Source: Felis catus (lineage: Eukaryota). From it: DNA of 64,000 bases. The notes beneath the pieces were generated by a model. The model was not told where the DNA came from and ran no database searches. It saw nothing but the letters and a program-made list of their open reading frames with translations. The position numbers were made by a program, and so were the translations under genes. Positions 24,452 to 37,171 of the stretch are shown here, one piece after another. Numbering within the stretch: position 1 is the stretch's first letter; each line of letters starts with the position of its first letter. The stretch lies in contig NC_058368.1 of NCBI RefSeq assembly GCF_018350175.1, forward strand, positions 216,692,001 to 216,756,000, written 5' to 3'.

Positions 24452-25022
24452 TTAAAAATTGAGATATAATTGACACATCACATTATGTTTGTTTTAGGTG
24501 TACAACATAATGATTCTATATTTGTATATATTGTGAAATGATTACTAAAATTACTAGTTAACATTCATTACTGCACATAGTTAAATATTTTTTCTTGTGG
24601 TGAGAACTTTTAGGATCTACTGTTAGCAACTTTGAAATATACAATACAGTATTAGTAAACTATAGCTGCCATGTTGTGTACGTCAAATCCCCAGGACCTA
24701 TTTATTTCATAACTAGAATTTGAATTTGCACCTTTGACCACCTTTTCACCTATTTTGCTCATCTCTACTCTCCACCTCTGGCAACCATCAATCTGTTCTC
24801 TGTATCTATGAGTTCCTTTTTGTTTGCTTATTTCTTTTAGCTTCCACATATAAGTGAAATCATAAAGTATTTGTTTTTCTATGTTTGGCTCATTTCCCTT
24901 AGCATAATGCCCTCACATTTTATCCCTATTGTCGTAAATGGCAAAATTTCCTTTCTTGTGCGTATTCAAAGAATATCTCATGTATATATGTAATTTTCTT
25001 TATCCATTTATCTGTTCATTAA
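24452..25022 (-). mobile_element. 5'-truncated L1 3' end (L1MA9/L1_Carn-like)
   Basis: Antisense ORF2 terminus around 24840-24950 (..GCATTATGCTAAGGGAAATGAGCC..) and 3'UTR ending TGTCAATTATATCTCAAT on the minus strand. Confidence 0.88.
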
Positions 25023-25156
25023 GAGGATTTTTGAATCTATATTCATGAAAGATATTTATCTGTAATTTTTCTTTCTTGTAAAATCTGTGTCTGGTTTTGG
25101 TACTAGGTAATTTTGGCCTCCTAGATTAAGTTATAGAAAAGGTATATATATATATA

Positions 25157-25372
25157 TTTTTTAATTTTTTAATGTTTATTTAGTTTTGAGAGATAGGCAG
25201 ACTGCAGGTGAGGGATGGGCAGAGAGAGAGAGGGAGACACAGAATCCGGAAGCAGGCTCCAGGCTCTGAGCTGTCAGCACAGAGACCAATGCGGGGCTCA
25301 AACCCACAAACTGTGAGATCATGACCTGAATCTAAGTCTGTTGCTTAACCGACTGAGCCACCCAGGCGCCCC
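25157..25372 (-). mobile_element. CanSINE
   Basis: TSD AAAAGGTATA(T); the left copy carries an expanded (TA)7. Confidence 0.95.
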
Positions 25373-26545
25373 AAAAGGTATATTTTTAAAGGAAAAAAAA
25401 TGAGAATTTATCTGTAAACTCTCAACTGTTATCCTTAGCTAAGTACTCCATAATTTAAAATATAATGATATACCATTGAAGTTAGATAATAGACCAAGTA
25501 ATTCTTGAATACATTTAATCATTTATTATAAAATTAGTTCTCCTACCATGCTTTTAAAAACTTATATTGAATTAAAATTATATTCCTGTATGAGAAGTTT
25601 GAAACCAAAATTATAGTGCTCAAACATTGTTAATTTCTTAATCAAGATATGAATCAGCATATTCATAATTCTCTATCATAAACTTGTCCATGATAGTTTA
25701 TCTCTCTGTTAGAATTATTAATTAGATGTATTACTTCACAAGGATTAATAATGTTTGAATTACTATAAATTTAACTAAATTCTTTTGACACATTTCTTTT
25801 TTTACCCTCCCTAAGTGCTCTTTCAGTCAGTAAGTTTTGGAATAATATGTTACGTAGAAATAGATAAGTGATACATTTCCTGTGGCCATCTGCTCAGGAA
25901 ATTATACTTACACTAGATTTCCCTTTTTTTTCTGTTTTGGATGTATTTTGTGATTAGACATTGAATATGGTAGCATGTGTTTCTCTTGGACCCTAGGACC
26001 TCTACATCGCTACCCATTCTTCACTTCAAAGGAGTAGCTCAGAAATATTTTCTACTAACACAAAATGTCTAAAACCATTTACCTAATATGAATTGTGCAA
26101 CAATTACAATAGACTTATAAATTACCTGATTTGGGTTAATATCAAGTTGTGTGTTCACCTTCTATAAACTTTCTAATACTTTTTAATAAAACTTTTTAAT
26201 ACTATTTGCTCATTATTTTACTAAATTACTAATAATTTTCATTATTAATCCATCATTATATACTTGTAGTTTTGTTCACTTTTAACTTAAGTGGTTTTGT
26301 TCACTTCCTTGGTTTTGTTCACTTTTAACTTAAAATACATGTATGATGGTCAAAACAGAATTTTTACCTATATTGATTCATCTACTAATTTAGTGTCCAG
26401 AAAGTCTTTTCCTAAACCCAAGATTATTCCAAATCGTGTCACCTATGTATTTTTGCATTGACATAAGAGGAAAGTAACATTTTAATCCCATAATTGGGCC
26501 CCGTATCTAAGTTCTATAACTTAAAGGTCATATGAATACACAAGA

Positions 26546-26546
<1 letters not shown>

Positions 26547-26587
<41 letters not shown>
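26547..26587. repeat. (CA)n microsatellite
   Basis: Direct reading. Confidence 0.95.
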
Positions 26588-26590
<3 letters not shown>

Positions 26591-27080
26591 CCTGTTGCCC
26601 TGTTCTGTGAAACACGGAAAGAAGTTTGGGAAAGAAGAATTAAGAACCGCCAACTCATTTTACACCAGATTTTGATGTTTGGACTAAATTCCAAATGGCA
26701 GCAAACCATAGCAACAGATAATCATGAGAGTAAGTATTTGCAAAGTCTGGAGGTGATTGTGGTTAGGAAAGAGGAGAGAATAACTTAAGTGTATGATCCA
26801 CTCTGGTGGGGCGGCGGGGGGGGTGGGATCAAGAAAGTAATACTGATATAGATCCAGATAATTTAAAAACTGAGGCAAACTATTAGTTTTCTTTAAAAAA
26901 ACAATTTATAGCTCTTAACCAAGAAATATTTTTATTAGTGCTAATTCCACTCAGGGTATAATCAGGAGACTTCCGTAGTCCTAGAGTTCATCACCCAACC
27001 AGTTCTTGCCATTTCTGCGTATTGATATTTGGGTACGGAGTTGACCCTGTAATAGGCAAAGAAGGGCTTTCATAGACTGG

Positions 27081-27689
27081 CATGGTAGGCTGAATTCTAA
27101 AGACGTCTCCCTAAGATTACAGTTTCCTTATTATGCAATCTAATCTATCTACTACTCTAAAGGAATTTTGCAGATGTAATTAAGGCCAATAATAAACTGA
27201 CCTGAAAATGGAGATACCATCTTAGATTATGCATGTGGGCCCAATGTAATCATAGAAGTCTTTAAAGTGGAAAAGCAAACAGAAGACTCGTTCAGGTATA
27301 TGTACTAGAAGAAGAGGCTAGAGAGATTCCAAGAATGAGAAGGATCCAATACACCGACCCTGGCTCTGTGAGGTAGGACTATATACAAGGACCCACGAAA
27401 GAAGCCTCTAGCAGGGTCTGAGTGGCAGCCAACGGACAGCCAGCAAGGAAGTAGGGATCTTAGCCCCACTACCAGAAGCAACTGTATTGTGCTGGTGACC
27501 TGAATGAACTTGGAACCGAATTCTCGGACTCAGTTGCTGACATCTTGATTTTGGCAATGTGAAACCTAAAATCAAATAACCAGCTGAGCCAACCTAGACT
27601 TTTGAACCACAGAATTGTGAGAATATACTTGTGTTCTAATTCATTAAATTTCCAATAATGTTTTATGGCAACGATTGAATACTAATACA
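27081..27689 (+). mobile_element. MaLR solo LTR (MLT1E-like)
   Basis: Starts TGGTAGGCTGAATTCTAA; contains TTTTGCAGATGTAATTAAGG, GGGCCCAATGTAATCA and CAGCCAGCAAGGAA; ends ACTAATACA. Confidence 0.85.
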
Positions 27690-30113
27690 TGTCTGACGAT
27701 CTGGTCGTTAGGAGGCATATGAACCCTTATTCCAGTTATTTGCTTCAGTTTTACAGTTCCTGCCAAAGTGAGGGTCTGTTACTCAAAATTAGCTCTCCCT
27801 ATAAAATCTTTTGGGGTTTGTTTCTCGTTTTGCTGTTGTTCATGCAGGGTTTATAACAATCTACTGATATCAACTGAGAACATGATGAGGTAGACTACTT
27901 ACTGAACATCATGAAACAAAGAATTCTGGGGTTGAAGGTTAGACATTATTTGGTATTAACAGAAGGTCATGGGAGGTTAGAGACAAGATTATTTAACAAA
28001 GGACAACATTTGAGAAAACATTATCGCCTTCCTCCTTAACTTCTCTGAAGCATCACCGTAAGAGGATAGGGCTCAGTCTTTTATCTTGAGAAATAGGCAA
28101 TTCTCTGACTGCCAGGGCAGGACACATCCTCCTTCTTATGCATTGAGAACAAGAAAGCCACCTCTTCTAAATGTGCCTGTCGGTGTGTTTTCTGCACTTG
28201 AAGCAGACCTTACCACGAGCTGTAACCTAAAGGGAAAATTTGAAACAGATGTCTGGTAGTTAAGGACAAGCTCAATTTATATCGTAAATTTCCATACTTT
28301 AGTGACATTCCAAGTAACACAAATTAAGGGTTAAAAATAATTTTTCAAAATACCTGAGTTTACTTATTACTTATTTACTTAAGTAAGGTAGAGCAAGAAG
28401 TATTAGAAGTAACTAGGATCCGCTTTTTCTTCATAGAGTCAATCCAATGAATGCATAAGTCACGTTCTCATTACTCCCTTTCTAATATGAAAGATATCTT
28501 GACAGAGTATATGGTAACTTAGTCAAGACTAGAGTTTATGACACACTTCTTTTAAGGCACCACAATGCAAAACAAATCCTCGAAAGCTTTCTATCTTTGC
28601 TTTATGCTCCAGGACCTCCTAAGTAATACTTCATAGTTATGACCACCTCATTTAACATGGCTCTTAGAAATGTTATCTCTGCTTGGTACGATTTTAATAT
28701 TCTCAAATATATCTAACATACGAAGTAAATCTCCTTTCTTAGGTGTCTGTTCATTTCTGTCCTGTTTTGGTAACAATGTGCTGCATAGTATTTTCCAACT
28801 GCCACTTAAAACATTATTTGATCTGTGTTAGTAGTTAAAAATAAATCTTGAACTAGTGTTTAAAATAAATACATGTAATTCTTCATTGCACCTCCTTAAG
28901 ATTATTGATTGCTTTCCCAGTGGCAATAAGATGCATATGTATATAACGTTTAAATAAAGTTAATAAATAATAACATTTGAAACTCACATATAAAACATTT
29001 TTGAATAAAGTTATTTTATTTGGGACACATTGCAAATTGAAGAAAAACATGCAAATCTAGCTTTTCTGTTAACTTTACTAATTTTATGTCATATAGGTTT
29101 CTCACAAAAACATGAAGAACTGCTCGGAACTTGGAACTGTCTCAAGGATAGAGCCGCAAACAATAATTTCCTGAGGGTAGTATGTTTGATCTCACTTATG
29201 ATTGAGTTTTTTAGCAATTTTTGTGACACTTACTTAAAATTGTAATGGAGTTTCTATTCTTTCCCTATTAAAATTTGAAAAATCAATGTTTCTCTAAGGC
29301 TTTTGTTTCTGGCATGAACTAAACCAATCGTTAACCAACCACTTGAAAACAATCAGTGAAAATGCCAGAAGATGATGATTTTTTTGTATTATGGATCCCC
29401 TTTTTTTAATAATTCAATGATATTCTATTACATGAAGCATCTATTGCTAGATTATATAATACTAATACAAATGAGTAACTATAAGCACATGTATATGTAT
29501 ATCTTTGTATTCTGTGTCATTTTCTCAGTTACTTAAAAAAAATTGGCTTCATTAAATGAATTCAAACAAAATAGAAAATAGTACATTTAGAATCTGGCAC
29601 ATAATGGATGCTTAATATATGATTATCAAATAAAAAGCTTTCAAGAAAATTTGTTATGCATGGTGCTGCGTTAAAATGAACATCTCATAAACTGTAGCTT
29701 TGAAGAAGTTACCATTAGCTCTATCAGTGTCTTGATAGATAGGTATTCATTACATTGTCTCTATGAAGAAAATTCAGATCCTAGGTACATCTATTAACTA
29801 TTTTGTTTCATCCCCAAGTCCATTCTATTGAGAAGAAAATAGAAAAAATACCAATATCTTGCCAGTAAACATTGTATGAGAGAAATATTTTTTTCCTAAA
29901 CTGTTAATCATTTAACCATTACTAGATTTTGATTTTACCAAATTCCGTTTCCTTTATCAATTGAGATTATAATTTTTCCTTTAATATTAATTTTGCTTTA
30001 AACTCCACTGATTAATGTTTGAATGTTAAAGTTTTTTAAAATATTAAATTCAAATTTTATGATACATTATTAATTTATATCATGCTGGAGCTGGATTAAT
30101 AATATTTTGCACA

Positions 30114-30333
30114 GGGGCGCCTGGGTGGCTCAGTCAGTTAAGCGTCTGACTTCAGCTCAGGTCATGATCTCGCTGTCCGTGAGTTCGAGCCCCGCATCTG
30201 GCTCTGGGCTGATGGCTCAGAGCCTGGAGCCTACTTCCGATTCTGTGTCTCCCTCTCTCTCTGCCCCTCCCCCATTCATGCTCTGTCTCTCTCTGTCTCA
30301 AAAATAAATAAAAACATTTAAAAAATTAAAAAA
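30114..30333 (+). mobile_element. CanSINE with 17-bp TSD
   Basis: TAATAATATTTTGCACA at 30097-30113 and 30334-30350. Confidence 0.97.
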
Positions 30334-30749
30334 TAATAATATTTTGCACAGAACTTTTTCAATAATAACCATGTGCAAAACACTAGCCTATAAATTTTCT
30401 TTGTTGAAACACCAAGGTTTTGTCATTAAGGATATTTTAGACTGTTTATCTATTAGAAAATATTCTGGTTTTTTTTTTAACAGTTTTCTTTCCCTAAGGT
30501 TTGCTTAATTTTTTTCTTTATAAAATATGCACACATATAGAAATGGTTGCGATTAATTTCTTTAATAAATAGAGAGGACTATTCATATTTCTCTGAGTTT
30601 TCTATTTCATCTAAAAAAACCTGGTTCTCTATCTTTTATTTAACTAATTTCTTTTCTTAATTTTATACTTACTTTCTTCTCCAATATTATGATTTAATTT
30701 GTCCATGTATTTCTAAATTGTTGAGATGTATGTTTAATTTTCTGAATTA

Positions 30750-30950
30750 AAAAAAGTTAATATTTATTTTTGAGACAGAGACAGAGTGTGAGAGGGTTGG
30801 GCAGAGAGAGAGGAAGACATAAAATCAGAAGCAAGCTACAGGCTCCAGCTGTCAGCACAGAGCCCTATGTAGGGCTCGAATTCATGATTGATGAGATCAT
30901 GACCTGAGCTGAAGTCAGATGCTTAAATAACTGAGCCATCCAGGTGCCCC
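30750..30950 (-). mobile_element. CanSINE
   Basis: TSD TAATTTTCTGAATT. Confidence 0.93.
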
Positions 30951-31116
30951 TAATTTTCTGAATTTTAAATTTTCTCTCCTAATATTTTTCTTAAGACTAT
31001 GAAATTTCATCTAAGCTTGGATTTGTAGGATCTCACATGTTTTTACATTGTAGTTTTTATCATCCACCTAAATCATTTTCTTTCCATGTGCCTTAAGAGT
31101 TAGAGGTGTTATTCTT

Positions 31117-31308
31117 GGGACACCTGGGTGGCTCAATTGGTTAAGCGTCTGACTTCGGCTCAGGTCATGATCTCACCGTCAGTGAGCTGGAGCCCCGTAT
31201 TGGGCTTTGTGTTGATGGCTCGGAACCTGGAGCCTGCTTTAGATTCTGTGTCTCTTTCTCTGCCCCTCTCCTGCTCATGTTCTGTCTCTCTCTCAAAAAT
31301 AAATAAAG
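31117..31308 (+). mobile_element. CanSINE
   Basis: Full element; GTGTTATT flanking repeat. Confidence 0.93.
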
Positions 31309-31989
31309 GTTAAGAAGTGTTATTATTTATTTCCAAATATATATAGGTATTTTTTTGTATCTTTATTCCATACAACTGTGAAGAGATTTAGACATGAATA
31401 ACAAAATTTTTGCTACATTATTATATTCCCTGGGATGAAGGTACCCCAAGCTCAAGTCAATATTTCCATAAGAACCTGACAATGTTTGTCTACTACCCTG
31501 TACCTCAGTAAAATGAATCATTGTCTCCATGCCAGTTCTTAGAAAACAATTTGAGCTTCCATATTACACACATCATGTCATTTGTTTTTTATTTGCTCAG
31601 TAAATATTCCTTAATTTTATTCAGAGGGTGATATACAATGGAAAAGAGTTGTTTTTGTTTCTGTTTTTCACTATTTTTGTGATGCATTTTCCCCATTCTT
31701 TCTGAACTTTATGTGGGCATATTATCAATTTCAAACATAAAAGAATATATAGATAGATAGATAGATAGAGCTAATTATATCATTAAAGCTAATGTATTTG
31801 TCTTAGATACTTACTAAATATTCATTATGTGGTAAGTTACCAGTAACTTATGAGAGTGAGTCAGGGAAGAATCATTTTTTTAAATTATAATTATAAGGAG
31901 ATATTAAAAATAAGTAAATATTACAGAAGAAAAACTGATACTTCCTAACTATCAAATATATTAGTTATGAGATGAAAGTGAATGAAGAC

Positions 31990-32420
31990 TGTAGATTTAG
32001 CCAAAGAAAAACTATTCCAACCCAAACACTAAACAAATGAGCTTTGATTCACACTTCACGTCATAAACAACAGTTGACTCAAAATGGATAATAGAACACA
32101 TAACACCTAACTGTATAACTACTGGAAAATGTATAGTAGAAAATCTTTGTGATCTTACATTAGGAAAAGATATCTTAGATATGGCTTTAAAAGCACAATG
32201 CAGCAAAGAAAACATTCTTTTTTTGTCCTTAAATCGAACTTCATCAAAATTAAACTAGGGCTATTTGGGAAGACATTTTTTAAGAAAATAAAAAGTTGAG
32301 GCATACTGGCAAAAAATATTTTCAAGTAACACATCTGACATCTGACACATATCCAAAATATGGTTTCAAACTTACAAAACTCAATAATAGTAAATAAGTA
32401 AACAACTCGATCAAGAAACA
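31990..32420 (+). mobile_element. L1M ORF2 3' fragment
   Basis: AACAGTTGACTCAAAATGGAT..TAGAAAATCTTTGTGATCTT..AACTTCATCAAAATTAAA are typical late-ORF2 motifs. Confidence 0.7.
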
Positions 32421-32424
32421 GTCA

Positions 32425-32613
32425 AGAAGACCACATGAAACTCGAAGAGAAGATAGCCATCTGCAAGCCAAGGTGAGAGTCGCCAGAAGAAATTCACTCT
32501 GCCAACACCTTGGTATCAGACTTATGGTCTCTAAACTGGTGAGGAATTAAATTTCTATTGTTTAAGCCATCCAGCCGTTGGTACTTGGTAATGGCAGTCC
32601 TAGAAAACCCACA
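32425..32613 (+). mobile_element. MaLR LTR 3' portion (MLT1A/B/C-like)
   Basis: GCCATCTGCAAGCCAAGG..CTGCCAACACCTTG..AAATTTCTATTGTTTAAGCCA..ATGGCAGTCCTAG. Confidence 0.8.
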
Positions 32614-32639
32614 AAGGTCCTAGAAAACCCATATAATTA

Positions 32640-32760
32640 GCATCTTGATTGCAGTGATGGTGTCATAGGTGTATATAAATTTCAAAACTTTTCAAGTTGT
32701 ACCGTTTAAATATGTAGCATTTAATGTTTGTCTATTCCTCCATAAAACCATCTAAAACTC
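32640..32760 (+). mobile_element. L1MC/ME 3' end remnant
   Basis: CTTGATTGCAGTGATGGT..GTGTATATA..TCAAAACT..TTGTAC..TTAAATATG. Confidence 0.6.
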
Positions 32761-32984
32761 TAAACATGGTAAAGAAAATCTTTCAAGTAAATATCCACCT
32801 CTCAATTTTGACCTAGTATGTTAAAATTATCTTTTAAATTTTTCTATAAATACATTGATTATTTTGATAAAGCCATATGGAATGTAAACTAAAAGTGAAA
32901 AATCGAATCTTCTCCCTTTGCAAATAACAGCTAAATACCATCGTTATGTTTAAAATGTTATCAAATTGCCAATATGTCAGGGTT

Positions 32985-33150
32985 TTTATGTATAGTGAGT
33001 GAAGCACAAATTTTGGAGCCAACTAGGCACGGCTTCAACACTTGGCCTTAACCATACTATTTAATGAGGACCTGAACAAGTGTTTTTTTTCAGAGTTCTC
33101 ATTTTTTGTAATGTGAAAAGACAAAATGCCAATCAAAAACTGTTTGAGAA
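32985..33150 (+). mobile_element. MIR remnant
   Basis: TATAGTG..AAGCACAAATTTTGGAGCCA..GACCTGAACAAGT resembles the MIR 5' part. Confidence 0.5.
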
Positions 33151-33949
33151 ACTAACCACCAAAGGATCTGTCCCTGTTGCTCAATAATAGTATAATAGTT
33201 TCCTTTTCTTTCACTCTTTTTTTTTCTAGTGCATCTTTTTTTTAGCACTTTTTTTTCTTATTCTCTATCAAGTGCCTAATGTTTAAGAATACTGATTTAA
33301 TTTAATTTCCTCAGAAGAATCTCATTATGTCTGCCTCTCTTCTGTTTTCTAAGCAAGATGCACGTACATCTTTGGAAAACATCATATAAAGCATTGATTA
33401 ATAAGGCCCTTAGACTTTAAAATGTCATTAAAAAAGATAAGTGATGAGAGGGATCCATTTTTAGTTTGCAATGTATGGAAAGCGTTTTAGTTTATTCAAT
33501 AGTAATCAACATCTTCTGCACTGTTATTTACTGATTGCTATTACATCTTCCTAAGGGGCCTGCGTAGAGATTAAGTGCTTCATAGAAAAGTTACACAGCC
33601 TGAGCCTGAAGGCATTTCGTAATGAAGGTAAAATTAGAGAGACAGTATTTTTGACATCTGTAGGAATCACATTTTGCAAATATAGCTTAACATTCTGGGA
33701 TTTTTTTTCCCCCTTCAAATTCAGTTATGCTGCAAACCTCTGTAGATATTGTAAGAGTAAAACTGTCAGCGTGGTCGGTTTTCTCAGAATAAACCCAAAT
33801 CTCCCTTCTGACTTCCTTACAGACACGGTTTTCATTTTCCAGTGTCCTTAAATAGGTAGGAACCACAACACCCTTTTCCATTAATACAAATGTTATCGGA
33901 TGACTCTTGGGTTCTTATCCTTCTTTAGCAAAGATAAAGAGGAGAAAAG

Positions 33950-34455
33950 GAATACTCTCAGGAACAAATTCAAAATGAATACAAACCCTCTTTTCTTTGA
34001 TCCCTGCAAACTCTTTTAGAATAATGCAAATAACTATCATTTCAAAATCAAACAGAAGACTGGGGCAGGAAATAATCCACCTGAACCTGGAGCATCTTAT
34101 AGTTCCAGAAAATAAAGACATATTCAAGAATAAAAACAAACAAGCAATTTTAATGGGGGTATGTCAAAGGGCTTCATTTTTAGTTAAAAATAATCTATTA
34201 TTCTGTGTCTCCCTCTCTCTCTGACCCTCCCCCGTCCATGCTCTGTCTCTCTCTGTCCGAAAAATAAATAAACGTTGAAAAAAAAATTAAAAAAAAAATA
34301 ATCTATTAATATTGTTTCATTAAATGAGAAAAAATGAACCCTCGTAACATAGCATTTTAATAACTGGAGAAAAAGAGGGGTATTCAGGAAGGAATTCTAC
34401 TATCCTTATAATTTTTCCATAAATCTTAATTATTCTAAAATTTAAAAGTTTAGTA
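33950..34455 (+). mobile_element. L1MC3/4-like 3' region, interrupted by a SINE
   Basis: GAACCTGGAGCATCTTATAGTTCCAGAAAATAA..GGGGTATGTCAAAGGG and terminal TAAATCTTAATTATTCTAAAAT. Confidence 0.55.
34201..34293 (+). mobile_element. 5'-truncated young CanSINE with 15-bp TSD
   Basis: Only the (CT) region and tail remain; AAAAATAATCTATTA at 34186-34200 and 34294-34308. Confidence 0.95.
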
Positions 34456-35084
34456 CAAAAAGAAACAAGTATACTCAATCATGAGGATTTTAAAAAATAA
34501 TGTTTGCACTGGATTTATCATTTAGTATCAGTGAATGCATTTTTATTTTTTTTTAATTTAGGAAATAAGATTATACATTGATATCCTCTAAAGAATTTAA
34601 AAAAAATCCTAATAATTTTCCCATGTTCACCTAAACAAGTCAAATTCATTATTTTTATAAAAGAACATTAACATTCCAAGACTAAGTTTATGTTTATTAC
34701 TACAAGTACTCTTTCTTTTGCCCATTATTTTTCTTTTTTTTTTCAATTTTCTGTGTAAGAAAAGGACTATGATAATAGAAACATTCTCACTCTTTAGGCG
34801 TCAGAGGATCTGCAGCAGAAGTGAAGTAATAACGTGTAAAATCTTCCTGAAGCCTATAGGGCTTAACTACTCTTACTCATAGTGATTTTATTCATCGTGG
34901 CAAAGTGAACAATGTACACGTAAAAAAGTAGTTGATTGGAATATGCTGTTAAATCAATTTGTGTAACGAAAGCCTGATTTCAACACTTATGGACCATAGT
35001 CTGCACACGTTATGGAAGCTTCATTATTTGGAGATGACAATAGGAGAAGATATAAGCTTTTGCAACGTGTGATCCATAGAACAG

Positions 35085-35295
35085 AAGTCTTCTGAAATGT
35101 CATATATTATATTCCTTTTTGGATATCAGAACCACACATTTTTACATGAATAGCTCTGGGGAGTCTTACATTAACAAAATCTGTTTAATCCAATATTTGT
35201 CAAACTTACTTAACAAAAAAATGCTTTTTCACTCAACCGTTATTAACCTTGTACAAATGCTATAGTTCATGGGACATGACTGGAGACATCTTGGC
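35085..35295. mobile_element. hAT-Charlie MITE remnant (MER103-like)
   Basis: CAAACTTACTTAAC...TATTAAC...TAGTTCATGGGACA resembles the recalled MER103 consensus. Confidence 0.4.
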
Positions 35296-37171
35296 ATGTG
35301 AGACAACTTGTGGGCTCTAAAAACTGACAGACCAAAAATGACACATAATAGCTGTTTGGAAATGAGAAATTCACTTACATTTTCTTAGATTAGGCGTAAT
35401 CAGATACAAAATGGGTGTAATAATAACCTATCACAAAGAGCCATGAAAATAATTTCATAAATGCAAATACATGCAAATAAATCTATGTCTATGTATGTCT
35501 GTGTATTTAGGTCTTACATTAGAATTAATGATATTTTTAAAAATATCATATTTAAAATACACATGCACAACCACTTTGGGAGTGAAAGTGGGATAGAACT
35601 TCTTGGAAATTGTATAATTTTCATCTACATGAAGTGCTAGCATTTCATAATCGGTATAGATTTCCCATCCTATTTAATTACCCTGAAGTCAATACATGTA
35701 TCCAGCAATTTTTCTTCTGCCTATTACTCCAATGTTTATTGGTTAATTTTCCCAGGCTGCAGTGGTTTTGTTCTTGGAACTTATCATAATATCAAAAGAC
35801 TAACCAATTACATGATGATCTCTGCCTTGTTTTCTCTTAAACATTTCTTTGCATTTGAACAGTGGGTATGAAATGCTTCCTGTATTTCACTGAGGTAATC
35901 TTATCAATTGCAACATTTTGTGTCAGCCTTTATGAGTGAAAATTATTGGGTAAAGTCAAAACAAGTAGCAAAAAAAGCCAGAAGTTGTAAAGAAAACATA
36001 TTGTTGGTTATTCTGAACTCATGAAAGTGGTAAGAACATTTTGAGTACAATGTGCAAATGATCACTGATAGAAAAATATTAGAATTTTTCTAGTGCTCAT
36101 TAATTTAAAAAGTTACTCAGAATCCATGGGGTAAGCATACCAAAATAGTTATAAGGTTATCTATCTACCTATCTATCCATCTACATATACACATACATGT
36201 ATGCATATGTATATGTGTCTGTATGCATACTTCATATTTATCTATATTTAGAAAGATATAGGTAAATACACATATATTTAATGGTCTCTACTTCTTTATA
36301 AGCATTTCAAGATTTAGACTATTCTAACGAATCAGAGGACTAAGTCTGTCTGGGATAGTGCTAAATGGGGTCTATAGATATCGATCTTTATTATAACATT
36401 TATCATTTTCTATTATTTAATAAATAACACATTTTCAGTGTCTCAAAAGTCACAGATCTAGCATTGGAGATTCTGTTAATTTTGATTACCCCAGACAAAA
36501 GAATTTAGGAGACAAATTGGAGAAAAATAAACTAAAATAAATAAAATAGTAGTGCTGGATGAAAATTCAAAAATCATCAAACATGTCCTGTATAAAGAGC
36601 TGAGAATCTTGAGCTCTACCCAATTTTGCAGAAATAAAGACAACCTGAGTGATTTGGTTTTGAATGTATACTGCTGTTGATGTATGTCCCAATGAATTTA
36701 TCCTGGGTGTGTAGAGAAAATTGCTATTGATTTTAGAAAAAAAAAAATTCTTTGTAATCAAGTTAGACTTTCATAACTAACAGGAGAAATGATATGCTAT
36801 AAAATAAAGATAACAGTGAAATCTGAATGTAAATACTGTTTCTGTCATTTCATGGCTACATGTCTCCCATTAAATAGCTTATCCATGTTCACCTTCTTAG
36901 CATCATATTTAAAATGAGTGCAATAATTGATTAACCTCTTAAAGTATGGCTGTAATGATGAAAATAGATACAAGTTAAGAAGGGCTTAGCTTAACAAAAT
37001 GTTTAGTATGAAATGAATTCCAAATAAATACCATCTCAAAAGTAATTGTGAGGAAAAGTTAAGTCAAAATTCCAATTCAACTAAATTCCTACAAAGTTAT
37101 TAAAGGATAAGTATAAAAACCGGTTTAGAAATCATCTCATACATTAATTCATTGTGAATTATAAAAATTAC

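Larger units (their letters stand above)
21595..25132 (-). mobile_element. Old L1M ORF2 fragment (host element), split between about 23504 and 25023 by a 1.5-kb insertion
   Basis: Antisense ORF2 remnants throughout (e.g. DPHNFNQLILDKEENSIQ in ORF 22699-23001); the L1-type sequence ...TATTTTGTTGAG | GAGGATTTTTGAATCTATATTCATG... resumes at 25023. Confidence 0.8.
30440..31500 (-). mobile_element. Decayed L1M ORF2 fragment
   Basis: T-rich strand with antisense L1 motifs (GACTATGAAATTTCATCTAAG..TCTCACATGTTTT). Confidence 0.5.

Noticed and set aside
26269..26333. Repeat-spacer-repeat pattern suggestive of CRISPR
   Set aside because: Only two full units, the spacer derives from the repeat, the context is mammalian, and there are no cas genes.
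26805..26827. G-rich run with G4 potential
   Set aside because: Isolated homopolymer-like tract with no further context.
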